A stretch of 64,000 nucleotides of DNA from an uncultured virus (IMG/VR IMGVR_UViG_3300044294_000547) (IMGVR_UViG_3300044294_000547), one strand, 5' to 3'. Positions 49,527-58,889 are shown, counted from the stretch's first letter. Numbers and translations: made by a program. Notes: generated by a model from the letters alone, not told the origin.

Positions 49527-50494
49527 CCCTTTTTTTTTGATGCAGAAAAATTAAATGGGGCGAAAGTAACGCGACCATCGTTGCCCTTCAAATCTCCGCG
49601 TGCTGCAGACATCCTGGCTTCAAAAGAACGAAACTCAGGAATAAATGGACGTGAACTGCCATCAGCTGGCACACGCAGATCATTACCGACTGGTATAACC
49701 TTATTTACCTCAAAACGATCCTCGATGTAACCGCCGCCCGAAAGACCATGATCTCCATCGAAAGGACGATAATACTTGTCCATCACATTGCCACGCCACA
49801 ATGTTTCAAAATCTATGTCGTAAATACCACCGAAGAAAAACTGATTGCTTTTGTTACGCTCGAGAGCAGAGAGATTGCTCTCCACATCTCTTATGATCGG
49901 ACTTGGTCGAACCTGTGTTGGACCAAAAATAACAGTTTTGTCCATATCACCATGTGAGGCCTGCTTGGTCAAGTTGAAAACATTTTCCTTGGAAGCAGTC
50001 TTGACTGTTTTAATACTCTTCGCAACCCGCTCCGCAAGGATAGCAATCTGCTCATCTGAAGCTTCCACTACCCTGTCAACGGCAGTTGCTGCTTTTTCAA
50101 TTGCATCCACTGGAACCACAGATGGAGAAATCATATCAGAATATATTAGGAATGCCCTGTCAACAACATCAGCAGAACTTTCTGAATTTTCATCCTGCTG
50201 ATAAAAATCTTTAAGAGCCTCTTCAAACATGGAGGCGTTAGGTGATGCGCCGAGACGAGGGGCGAAAAAACCATTCCACACCTCATTGTAACCAGATCCA
50301 GGCTCGTTTTCCCTTCTGAAACTATTCAGGAAATCAAACATTTCCGTGTGATTTGAGAATGACGGCAACTCCACTTGTTCCAAGCCCGCAGTCTGTGGGG
50401 CAACCGGATTCGTGGCAAGTGGGTATTCAGGTATGAGCGGCTGCTCTACCTCCGTCGTTCTTGTCTGCGCAAATTTGGAAAGATTGAATTTCAA
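49523..50494 (-). CDS. Putative internal head protein
   Basis: Repeated FNLSKFAQ/FNLTKQAS/VKTAS motifs; ends in an A9 tract (SKKKG*). Confidence 0.75.
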   Translation of the reverse strand: MKFNLSKFAQTRTTEVEQPLIPEYPLATNPVAPQTAGLEQVELPSFSNHTEMFDFLNSFRRENEPGSGYNEVWNGFFAPRLGASPNASMFEEALKDFYQQDENSESSADVVDRAFLIYSDMISPSVVPVDAIEKAATAVDRVVEASDEQIAILAERVAKSIKTVKTASKENVFNLTKQASHGDMDKTVIFGPTQVRPSPIIRDVESNLSALERNKSNQFFFGGIYDIDFETLWRGNVMDKYYRPFDGDHGLSGGGYIEDRFEVNKVIPVGNDLRVPADGSSRPFIPEFRSFEARMSAARGDLKGNDGRVTFAPFNFSASKKKG

Positions 50495-51132
50495 TTGGAT
50501 TTCTTGCCTTTTAGCGCTTCAAACATTCTTGTTACGGCACCAGCATCAGAAGACGAATATCTTCTTGACGCATGCCTCGATGCCAAAGAGTCAAACATGG
50601 AAGCAGCCATATCTTTGCTGTTGACTGGAGACTGTGGCTGGGCTTCTTGACGTTCGGCGACAGGCAGAGCAACCACGGGAGCATCTTTGATGTGGGAGAA
50701 TGCCTCCTTGTCAAAGATGCTGACAGAGTCTTTGCGAATGAGACCTCTGCCGCCAGATTTGCTAGAAAGAGATGAGACATGAGCGGCCATCCGCTCCGCA
50801 GAGGTAGGCAAGGGCTCTTCCTCTTTGAAAGCATGCTCCTCAACGCTATCCGCAGCAACCCGTGGAGCAGGTGGATCCTTGAACCCAAAAAGTGTGTCTG
50901 ATGCAGCTTTTACTCTAAGACTCCCAATATGACCACCTGCATCAATGGTGTGTGAACCTAAAAGTTTATTGCGAATTAATCCGCCCCTAGAAACCTCTGC
51001 CTCATGAGTGCCAGCCACCTTGCGGGCAAAACCTTCAAGCCAAGAGGGCCTGTAAGGCTCGTCGGCCAATTTTTCAACCTTGTCTCCAAAAAGCTCAGAC
51101 CGACCTTCATTTTGATTCTTGAAAATTCTCAT
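50491..51132 (-). CDS. Hypothetical head-region protein
   Basis: Coupled ORF with K-x-A motifs. Confidence 0.7.
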   Translation of the reverse strand: MRIFKNQNEGRSELFGDKVEKLADEPYRPSWLEGFARKVAGTHEAEVSRGGLIRNKLLGSHTIDAGGHIGSLRVKAASDTLFGFKDPPAPRVAADSVEEHAFKEEEPLPTSAERMAAHVSSLSSKSGGRGLIRKDSVSIFDKEAFSHIKDAPVVALPVAERQEAQPQSPVNSKDMAASMFDSLASRHASRRYSSSDAGAVTRMFEALKGKKSN

Positions 51133-51737
51133 ATTCGGAAACCTGCTTTCTTCAGAGCATCTGCTATGGCAGATTTTCTCATCACGAAGGCATCATGATG
51201 TGCCGAAGCAGCCTTTGTTGGGGCATCTCCTGCAAGATCTGCAAACGAATCATTTTCAGTCGAAGGCTTGATGGCTTCGGGCTTTTTGCTGCGGAAATTA
51301 ACTAAATAGTTCCGCCCCTCATGGCTCATTTCTCCATCCAATCCAAACATTGCACAGATCTGACGGCCAATTTCTGAAGCCCTAGACTCTGTGATGCGAG
51401 ACTTTTCAGTCGCCGAAGGTATCATGAAAGACCCACTCAACTGACCTGATCCAATCGAAGATCTCTGCTGAAATATTTTTCTAGAGATCTTCGGGTCTGT
51501 CAAATGCCTTGGCTGAACACCAAGATCTTCTAAGACTGAAAAAACATGCTCCCTCAAAGACATATCCATTCCCCCGTTCGATGCAGGCGCCTGATCCTGT
51601 GACGGGGCGGATAGAGGAGCTGAACTGCCCGTATCCATATAGACAGACCCTATGTCAGGCTGGGGTATCTGTTCATCTGCCAACTTGAAAAGTTGGCTCT
51701 GCATATGCCTGCGTCGACCTACCGGCAGGAAAGACAT
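51129..51737 (-). CDS. Hypothetical head-region protein
   Basis: Coupled ORF with LFKLAD and TKAAS. Confidence 0.7.
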   Translation of the reverse strand: MSFLPVGRRRHMQSQLFKLADEQIPQPDIGSVYMDTGSSAPLSAPSQDQAPASNGGMDMSLREHVFSVLEDLGVQPRHLTDPKISRKIFQQRSSIGSGQLSGSFMIPSATEKSRITESRASEIGRQICAMFGLDGEMSHEGRNYLVNFRSKKPEAIKPSTENDSFADLAGDAPTKAASAHHDAFVMRKSAIADALKKAGFRI

Positions 51738-51740
51738 CAC

Positions 51741-52424
51741 TCAGTTCTCCGTGTCAAGAACAGCGTCTATAAATTCCTTGGGCCAAACATTGGACCAATA
51801 TGAACGGAACTTGCCCTTCTGCTTTTCAGTGAGATTGGCTATCTTTACAAACTTCGGAGACCTAGACGCAGCCTTCGCTGACCAACCGGCCTCCTCGGTC
51901 ATACCGCTAACTTCTTCAGCATCGTCGGCAGCATAAGATGTGCCGCATGCCTCGCATGAGCCTGACTCCTTTGAGTCATAGCCACACCCAGTGGCAGAAA
52001 CAGCACCCATAGCCTCTGCGATTGCCTCGTCAGTAGAGTCGTCTTCAATTTCCACATCGGTATCGCAATCCTCCGCCAAAACGAGCAAGACTTCATCGTC
52101 ATTAACCTTGATCACATCGGCAACCTTGACGGTGTGATACGATTCTGCTTCCTTCTTCTTCTTCTTCTTATATTTGGCGAGTTGCGGAGAAACCGCGCCC
52201 TTCACAGTCTCCTTGCCAACAGATTTTTTTTCCTCATTACCCTCACGCTCCTCGATCTTCTCCCTGATGAAGGCGGGCAATTCTTTCTTAGCCTCTTTCT
52301 TAAATACTTGGTGCGCATCGACTGCAGATGCCTGCTTTTTCATCCCTCCTGCGACATCCTGTATGATGTCATTAAAACTGCGGGACGGACCACTAACTGA
52401 AATTTTGTTGCTGAAGAACTTCAT
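51741..52424 (-). CDS. Hypothetical charged head-region protein
   Basis: AAGGAG SD; many K-x-A motifs; C-terminal FVKIANL..YWSNVWPKEFIDAVL. Confidence 0.75.
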   Translation of the reverse strand: MKFFSNKISVSGPSRSFNDIIQDVAGGMKKQASAVDAHQVFKKEAKKELPAFIREKIEEREGNEEKKSVGKETVKGAVSPQLAKYKKKKKKEAESYHTVKVADVIKVNDDEVLLVLAEDCDTDVEIEDDSTDEAIAEAMGAVSATGCGYDSKESGSCEACGTSYAADDAEEVSGMTEEAGWSAKAASRSPKFVKIANLTEKQKGKFRSYWSNVWPKEFIDAVLDTEN

Positions 52425-52461
52425 AATTGCTCCTTTGTTGCTCTTTTCTCTCGAACCTTGA

Positions 52462-53052
52462 TCACATCCCGTCAGGGAGTGATGTTTTAGTGATTTCCCA
52501 TGCCTCGTCTCTCAAGCAGGAAGCTGCCACACGCAGCCTGCCTGCAGTCGAAGGATCTTTCGACTGTATATAAGAGGCTACTCTGCCCATTTCGTTTGAA
52601 CATCGAACCATTCTGTCAGGAATAGCCATTGAATGCTCTGCTACAGCTTCAGGAATGGCAATCCCCTTCGGAGTACCAGATGCCACCTTCGTCTCAATTA
52701 TGGTCTGAAGGTTAAAATCTCCACCCATAGGTTCCTTTTCCCATGATTCACCCGAAGACGCATACTTATTCCAAGTCTTAACATCACCAGAAATAGCAGA
52801 CACGTATTCGCTATGACACTCACTCCATGCCTCCTGAGGGCGCATGCCTTGGGCACGCTTGTGTCTAAAACATCCCTGCCAGCATCTGCTGTTGCGTACA
52901 GCAACCCCCTGTATGCCCATATACTGAGCAGTCTTGACCATACATAGATCAGATGCAACCTTGTCAAGCACGACCGCCTGCGGTTTACTGCCCTTGGCGT
53001 CAAGTCCGTTGGCGATGAGAACGATGTCCTTGATGATATCTGATATTTCCAT
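52462..53052 (-). CDS. Hypothetical head-region protein
   Basis: LDKVAS, MVKTAQ, CWQGC..C motif. Confidence 0.75.
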   Translation of the reverse strand: MEISDIIKDIVLIANGLDAKGSKPQAVVLDKVASDLCMVKTAQYMGIQGVAVRNSRCWQGCFRHKRAQGMRPQEAWSECHSEYVSAISGDVKTWNKYASSGESWEKEPMGGDFNLQTIIETKVASGTPKGIAIPEAVAEHSMAIPDRMVRCSNEMGRVASYIQSKDPSTAGRLRVAASCLRDEAWEITKTSLPDGM

Positions 53053-53056
53053 GACT

Positions 53057-53899
53057 TTAGGTAACTACAAATTTACGAGTAAATGTCCTGCTTGGGAAAG
53101 AAAATCTAACGATTCTATTCAACAAATAATTTCTCGGCTCGCCAACGGTAGTGTCCCACGAAACAACCACCTGCCTGCGACTGGCTTGAGAAAAATGCAT
53201 ATCATGTGGTTCAATCTCTCTTGAAATCATTTTGCCACCCTCTGTCAAGTATTCCACAAGCATTGACTGTCTGTTTACTACAGACCACCTGACTGCATCG
53301 CCAACTCCTGAAAAATTGGGAATTGGAATAGACGTAGAAATCGCAGAATCTGCTCCAGATCTAGCTGGATCTGTGGTTATTTCGACCCTATCTACGGGAA
53401 CCTTGTCTGCCTGAGGCGGCGGGATTGAGGCAGCGATCTCCCCTTCAAAAGGCTGGAAAACCTTTTCTGGATCTACGATTTCGGGCTTCAAAGATGTTAG
53501 GGGCATTTTTTGGGCAATCTTATAACTTCTACTAAATATGCAACAGGGCGGATTTTCCTCTCTGCTGAGATAACACTCATCTCCAACCCTAAAACCATTT
53601 TTGGAAAGCCAGCCATCAGGCAGTTCAACAGCCAAGTTGCATGGCTCAGAGGCCGCAACAGATGTCAAGTCGTGGGGCTTTATCCTGCCAACCGTCACAA
53701 TTTTACCTGAAGGATTTACAAAGACCACGTCCAATGGCAAAAATGTATTCATGCCCCAAAAACTATGTCGATCTGGTCGGTCAAACACAAAAGCCATACC
53801 ATGACCGTCTTCCAATTCATGTCTGAACATCAAACCCCTCTCTCTCAGGTGTGGTTTGTCTGCCAACTCAACCACAACTCTAGAAAACGGGCTATGCAT
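53057..53899 (-). CDS. DUF192-WYL domain fusion protein
   Basis: DUF192: VELAD..RERGLMFR..GMAFVF..FWGMNTFLPLDVVFV..AVELPDG. WYL-like: LVEYLTEGGKMISREIEPH..SWD..EPRNYLLNRI. Start MHSP at 53899. Confidence 0.8.
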   Translation of the reverse strand: MHSPFSRVVVELADKPHLRERGLMFRHELEDGHGMAFVFDRPDRHSFWGMNTFLPLDVVFVNPSGKIVTVGRIKPHDLTSVAASEPCNLAVELPDGWLSKNGFRVGDECYLSREENPPCCIFSRSYKIAQKMPLTSLKPEIVDPEKVFQPFEGEIAASIPPPQADKVPVDRVEITTDPARSGADSAISTSIPIPNFSGVGDAVRWSVVNRQSMLVEYLTEGGKMISREIEPHDMHFSQASRRQVVVSWDTTVGEPRNYLLNRIVRFSFPSRTFTRKFVVT

Positions 53900-54110
53900 A
53901 TTCGGAGACAAAGAAGCCCCCACGAACAAGTCGATCAGCGAAGTCCTCGCACTCATTTTCATCATCAAATTCGAGACGATATCCAGATCCATGACGAAAA
54001 ACATCGGCTCCGGCACCGCGAGCCTGCCTAACCGCTTTATCCAAGTTCCAAGCACGCTCAAAAGATCCTGAGAGTCTAGATGGTCTGTCTTTCAGTATTA
54101 AAATTCTCAT
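53892..54110 (-). CDS. Small hypothetical protein (72 aa)
   Basis: ATGA overlap upstream and 8-nt overlap downstream. Confidence 0.6.
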   Translation of the reverse strand: MRILILKDRPSRLSGSFERAWNLDKAVRQARGAGADVFRHGSGYRLEFDDENECEDFADRLVRGGFFVSEYA

Positions 54111-54454
54111 CGACGTGATATTCCTGTTTTAGCTGTGTTCTTGATGGCAAAAACACAATCGTCATCGTTAAGAATAACCGCTTCTAGGAGCCGCTTGCCA
54201 CTTGCGGTAATCTTTATCATTTCACCTTGCCATTCTGCAAATCCCAAACTCTCTAGATTGATCAACTCGTCAGTTCTCAAGCCAAAAGGTCTTTTGAATG
54301 TGAGAGGCTCCAATCCAGCTTCGCCAGACTTGAAAAGTGAATATAAGACCTTTGCTGCCTTGCCTTTAGGATCACCGAATCCAGATATTGCAGACCCCGA
54401 TCTCTCACGCATAATGAAATCAAGGATAGAACTGTTTGCTACTTTTGGATTCAT
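54107..54454 (-). CDS. Possible winged-helix protein
   Basis: LINLESLGFAEWQGEMIKITASGKRLLE resembles a recognition helix plus wing; ATGA-coupled start. Confidence 0.55.
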   Translation of the reverse strand: MNPKVANSSILDFIMRERSGSAISGFGDPKGKAAKVLYSLFKSGEAGLEPLTFKRPFGLRTDELINLESLGFAEWQGEMIKITASGKRLLEAVILNDDDCVFAIKNTAKTGISRR

Positions 54455-55206
54455 CCCAAATGCCTCCACAGGTATTCCCTGTACTTGTACGGACTTTCAT
54501 TTTTCGCGTTATCTATAAGATATGGCTCTGTTGCCAACTCTCTCCAATAAAACCCAGGTCTGAAACGAGGTTCATTGTATGCTTCAGTCCAAGAGCGATA
54601 TCTGTATTGACTCTTGCGAGCGGTCGAATCACCCTCAATGCTCTCCTCTATATCCCTCCATGGAATCACGCGATCACCCATAGGAAGATCTAGACGACCG
54701 TATGGACCATCCATAACAGAAGCAGTTTTTTGGGGGGATGAAGCACCGAACAACCCGTGCTTATATGAAAGGCGTGCAATCATGTACTCATGAAGAGATA
54801 TTTTGGAAAGCAGCGCAGATATTTCTGAACAAGTAGGAGTTGGCAGTTTTGCCACATCGAATGAAGCCATAAAGTTTATTATAATTTCATGCTTCATCTG
54901 ATCATTTAGCCGATCCTTGGCTGACATGGTGCACAACCCTTCAAGAGCACACACAGCCATTCTTGAACCAACTACAGAGCATGAACCCGCAGAGGGAATA
55001 GATTCAAGAATGCTGCAAAGTGCTGTCCACAGGTCTTCAAGCACAAGAGCCAATTCATCGGCCCTTTTGGAGAGTGCTGATGGGTAATCTGAAGCAAGAA
55101 CCTGAATCTGAATCTGTGGATCAAAAACAACATCAACGCCAATCTCAACGCCGAGTCGTGCGAGTTCGATCTTAGCCTGATCAGGACTTATCTTTGGAGT
55201 TGCCAT
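54451..55206 (-). CDS. Hypothetical head-region protein
   Basis: AGGAG SD; QKTAS followed by an aromatic-rich C-terminus. Confidence 0.75.
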   Translation of the reverse strand: MATPKISPDQAKIELARLGVEIGVDVVFDPQIQIQVLASDYPSALSKRADELALVLEDLWTALCSILESIPSAGSCSVVGSRMAVCALEGLCTMSAKDRLNDQMKHEIIINFMASFDVAKLPTPTCSEISALLSKISLHEYMIARLSYKHGLFGASSPQKTASVMDGPYGRLDLPMGDRVIPWRDIEESIEGDSTARKSQYRYRSWTEAYNEPRFRPGFYWRELATEPYLIDNAKNESPYKYREYLWRHLG

Positions 55207-55342
55207 CGCACTTTGCTCCTACCAAAGAACTAGAATAATCCTTGTCGTAGATAAGGGTGAAATAACGGCACAAATTCTTGTGGTTTTTTATTCGCAGATT
55301 CTTCAGCACACGAGTTAATTTGTCCGTTGCGATTCTGACCAT
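55181..55342 (-). CDS. Small unlisted ORF (53 aa)
   Basis: ATG directly after the upstream TGA: MVRIATDKLTRVLKNLRIKNHKNLCRYFTLIYDKDYSSSLVGAKCDGNSKDKS. Confidence 0.5.
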   Translation of the reverse strand: MVRIATDKLTRVLKNLRIKNHKNLCRYFTLIYDKDYSSSLVGAKCDGNSKDKS

Positions 55343-55864
55343 TCAACCTATCTCCGTGTTCATCATCCCAAAAATGGAATCATCAACAATTGCTGCTTTA
55401 GATTTTTTAGTTCGGAACGATTTACGTGTAACCTTCTTTTCGGATTGTGGTTGTTTGTCTTTATTTACACACTCATGCTCGCTAGCAGCATCGGAAGAAA
55501 CCGAAGCCAAGGGAGAGGAGCATGACAGATATCCGACACTCACTAGTTTCATAGCAGTCTCCATATTTGGATCAGACTTTTTCAGTATGAAACGCTGGTT
55601 GGGGGCCAATGTTCTCTTCAAAAAAGCGACCATGATACCACCCCCCTTAACATTCAAAAACTCTATTTCATCCTCGGATGTCTTGCTAGACACCCCCTCA
55701 TCCGCAGAATCAAATGATATGTAGCCTTTCTTCTTAGCCCACAACACATCCTCGTGAGATGCCAATTCGTCTGGCAAATCAACAACAACACCAGGCTTGA
55801 ACTTCTTTTTTATCGAAGATAAAATCAATTCACCCTTTAGTGTTTTAGAAACTATTACTTTCAT
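55343..55864 (-). CDS. Protein with two copies of a ~50-aa recurrent module
   Basis: AGGAGGAG SD; repeats end in AKKKGYISF and LVSVGYLSC. Confidence 0.75.
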   Translation of the reverse strand: MKVIVSKTLKGELILSSIKKKFKPGVVVDLPDELASHEDVLWAKKKGYISFDSADEGVSSKTSEDEIEFLNVKGGGIMVAFLKRTLAPNQRFILKKSDPNMETAMKLVSVGYLSCSSPLASVSSDAASEHECVNKDKQPQSEKKVTRKSFRTKKSKAAIVDDSIFGMMNTEIG

Positions 55865-56307
55865 ATCTTTCTCCTCCTGTGTAACATTTTTTCCATGCTG
55901 CCCGAATTAGGAGCAGCCTCAAATATGGCTCTTCCACGAGAAATTGGAGACGACGGGTCTGCCCATGTTCCATCAGCAGTTCCCTCTCCATATTCAGTCT
56001 CGCCTTCAAGTCTTTCTCGACCCGAGAACGGACTCTCTGGATCACCATAGTCAAAATTGTGATGATATTCTTCCTTATGCTCGCTAGGGCCCTGTTCCCA
56101 AAGCATGAAGTCAGCAGCCATGTCAGGTGGGTCTTCGGCAACACCCTGAGACATGGGCGTTGTAATTTTATTACCCTCTCCGCTGTTGGGGCCCCGATAC
56201 AATTTGTATGGATCAACCCTATCAAAGGGGTGAAGAAATGTATTTGGCACAGTTGTACCAAGGTTGGCAACCTTGACACGCCAACTGTAGCTCTCAAGGT
56301 TAAGCAT
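55861..56307 (-). CDS. Hypothetical acidic head-region protein
   Basis: Coupled ORF; N-terminal VKVAN. Confidence 0.7.
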   Translation of the reverse strand: MLNLESYSWRVKVANLGTTVPNTFLHPFDRVDPYKLYRGPNSGEGNKITTPMSQGVAEDPPDMAADFMLWEQGPSEHKEEYHHNFDYGDPESPFSGRERLEGETEYGEGTADGTWADPSSPISRGRAIFEAAPNSGSMEKMLHRRRKI

Positions 56308-56310
56308 CAG

Positions 56311-57003
56311 TCACCCAATATCCATATAGGAAGACAATATGTTTTTCTTACGACTGTTCAACTTCAATATTTCAGATGCTTCATCCTTGTGCAACTGCCT
56401 TTCCTCTGAAGCAGCAGCAAGCCTGATTTCAAAAAGTCTTCTGTCAATCGAAAGTAGATTTGACTGAGCTTCCTTTATAACGACATCTTTACCTATATTC
56501 TTGAGATTTGATGGCGCATCTTCAATAGGAAGATAGCCAGTGTTACTTATACGCCCTGCTCTGTTAGCAACAAGCGAATCTTCTATATCCACAGGATCAA
56601 CATCAGGACTACCAGTATTGAAGTGCAGCGAAAACAGATCTCTCTCGCCCTTCTTTGCCTCTGCGTATGCATTCCTGAATTTCTGGTCGAAAGCTTCACT
56701 TGTCATGTTTATATCAGAAACAGGAGAAGAATCGCGAGATTTACGGGAAACAAGATCGCTATCCTCGCCTGAAGAATACTCATCGAGGCGTGCCTCAACA
56801 ACCCTTGTGGCATATTTTTCATCCCGCTCTGCCAACATCTGAGCAACCGACTTGTCAGCTTCGTCGCCATGAGATTCATCTATTGCCCGAGGAAGACTCG
56901 TGTCATTTATGAACGATGTCTCGTTGTCTTTCCTGTTCTGCTCCAAAAGTTGTTCTCTTGATGCAGATTTAATCAAACCCATACGTCTCAAAAAGTTAAA
57001 CAT
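56311..57003 (-). CDS. Hypothetical head-region protein
   Basis: Start MFNFLRR with GAGGAG SD; IKSAS, IKEAQ. Confidence 0.75.
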   Translation of the reverse strand: MFNFLRRMGLIKSASREQLLEQNRKDNETSFINDTSLPRAIDESHGDEADKSVAQMLAERDEKYATRVVEARLDEYSSGEDSDLVSRKSRDSSPVSDINMTSEAFDQKFRNAYAEAKKGERDLFSLHFNTGSPDVDPVDIEDSLVANRAGRISNTGYLPIEDAPSNLKNIGKDVVIKEAQSNLLSIDRRLFEIRLAAASEERQLHKDEASEILKLNSRKKNILSSYMDIG

Positions 57004-57005
57004 TT

Positions 57006-58889
57006 TCAGCTCCTCATGTCCTTTGCCACCCTTTGACCTAAACCAACACCATACGGAACACCCTGCATAGATCTCCACACGGTTTGATCCGCACCCATAG
57101 TTACTGACAATCTAGCCAGTCTACCTTGCGGCAAACGAGATTGATCCTGATCGGACGTGACAAAACAGGCTCCGGCAAGGGCGTCGACAAGATCATCTGT
57201 TCTGACCATTCCGTCCCTCTTTGCAAAAACTCTATATCCTGTAGGCATGTATTTTCTTTGCAAATATAACATTTCATTCTTCAAAAGATCGTGGTGTGGT
57301 ATCAATAATTTCCCGCTAGAAGCCAAATCATAAAGATAATCATAAATAATTACTTTGTAGCGTTTAGTAAAGCGCGTCAATTTGGCAGGGATTCCCTTCG
57401 CTTGCAAACTTTTTATACTCGCTGCTGAGTTCCATTGGTCAAATGACACCTGGGAAAAATAAAATCTTCTGCTCAATTTAATTATATATGACTCTATCTC
57501 TTCATTTACTATGGGTTTGTCTTTAGAAGGTTGCCAAAACTTTATGTGGTCAATAACTATCTTAAAATCCATCTTACCAGTATCTTTCTTTATAAATTGT
57601 TCTCTATGACAGACCACAAGGGCATAATTATGACTTGAAGTGGCTGGATCAAGATGACAAAAATACATTTGACCAGGCTCTCCATACTCTTTTAGTTGCA
57701 GAGATGGCTTAAAACAGGCCTCGACTATATCCCTTGAAAAAAAAGACTGCCCAGCTGTACCTGCAAATTCGGCGCCAAATTCCATGCCAAACTCTTCTTC
57801 CTGCATTTGGGAAAACATAGTTCGCAGCCCATCTCGACTCTGATTTATATTGACGACCCATGTTGGTAACCGCAAAGACATTCTCTGTGGAACATTTGGC
57901 GAAGTTTTGAACAATTCGTAAAAAACACCCTCTTTTCCACGAGGGCTAGAGATGCATACGATCTTGCCGTCGTAAATAAATTTTTCTTGCTCTATTCCCT
58001 CTTTATCGATGTACTTCTCTCTACGAACATATGTCGCAGTGGCAGGTGCCAAAGTTCTATATATCGCCTCTCCACCGCTTGATCCAGGTGTCTGCTTGTA
58101 AAGACCAATCTCATCGAGCATGAGGCAGTAGCAACCTATACCTGCAAGAGAATCAGAATTTGAGTGACCTGACCTGATGACCACAGAGCCAGGAGAAATC
58201 GGAAGATCCCTTGATCTCATCTCTTCGTTTCTTTTTCTGTCTGCAGGAGTCATAAGGTATATGGTGTCCTGAAGAATCCCATCTTGACTGATCTTGTCAG
58301 AAAAATACACGCTCTTAAAAACTTTATCCCTAATTTCTTGAAAAAGTATTTCTGCCTGCTTGGAAGAGTTCGCGATAGTGATGATGGTAAATGGAGCACC
58401 AGTGCTTAACCCGTACAGCGCGTGAGGATCTCCGTTTGGGGACTCAATTAACCTGAGAGCCTCATAAAGCGCCAAAATAGATATGACAAAATCCTTTCCA
58501 GAACGACGCCCCCACACAAGCACCAATTCCTGAAAAAGATTTCCGCTTTCATATTTTTTTAGAAGATCACCCTGTTCAAAGTCAGGGTCATCAAGACCAT
58601 GCTGTTTGCACAACTCAATCTCTTCATCAGTCAATTTTAGGTCTTCGTTGCCCTTCGTGCCCCTATAGAAAGCTTTAAGTGCAATTTTCTGGAATGGAAA
58701 CAACTCAATCGGAGTTGGCTCATAATGGCTCATGCCCAAATATTCACGACTCTCAATAAATTCAACTATTGAAGGTATTTTCCCCGATGAAGATATTTGA
58801 CCGCCTGTCTCGTTTTCAAGAGATTGACGAAAAGCCGTCAACTCAGCGATAAGTGGATTGTTTTTGGAAGGACGACCGCGCTTAGCCAT
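57006..58889 (-). CDS. terL: Terminase large subunit
   Basis: Walker A WGRRSGKD, Walker B MLDEIG, ISSPRGKEGVFYELF, nuclease motifs HLDPA, FDQWNS, DDLVDALAG. Confidence 0.95.
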   Translation of the reverse strand: MAKRGRPSKNNPLIAELTAFRQSLENETGGQISSSGKIPSIVEFIESREYLGMSHYEPTPIELFPFQKIALKAFYRGTKGNEDLKLTDEEIELCKQHGLDDPDFEQGDLLKKYESGNLFQELVLVWGRRSGKDFVISILALYEALRLIESPNGDPHALYGLSTGAPFTIITIANSSKQAEILFQEIRDKVFKSVYFSDKISQDGILQDTIYLMTPADRKRNEEMRSRDLPISPGSVVIRSGHSNSDSLAGIGCYCLMLDEIGLYKQTPGSSGGEAIYRTLAPATATYVRREKYIDKEGIEQEKFIYDGKIVCISSPRGKEGVFYELFKTSPNVPQRMSLRLPTWVVNINQSRDGLRTMFSQMQEEEFGMEFGAEFAGTAGQSFFSRDIVEACFKPSLQLKEYGEPGQMYFCHLDPATSSHNYALVVCHREQFIKKDTGKMDFKIVIDHIKFWQPSKDKPIVNEEIESYIIKLSRRFYFSQVSFDQWNSAASIKSLQAKGIPAKLTRFTKRYKVIIYDYLYDLASSGKLLIPHHDLLKNEMLYLQRKYMPTGYRVFAKRDGMVRTDDLVDALAGACFVTSDQDQSRLPQGRLARLSVTMGADQTVWRSMQGVPYGVGLGQRVAKDMRS

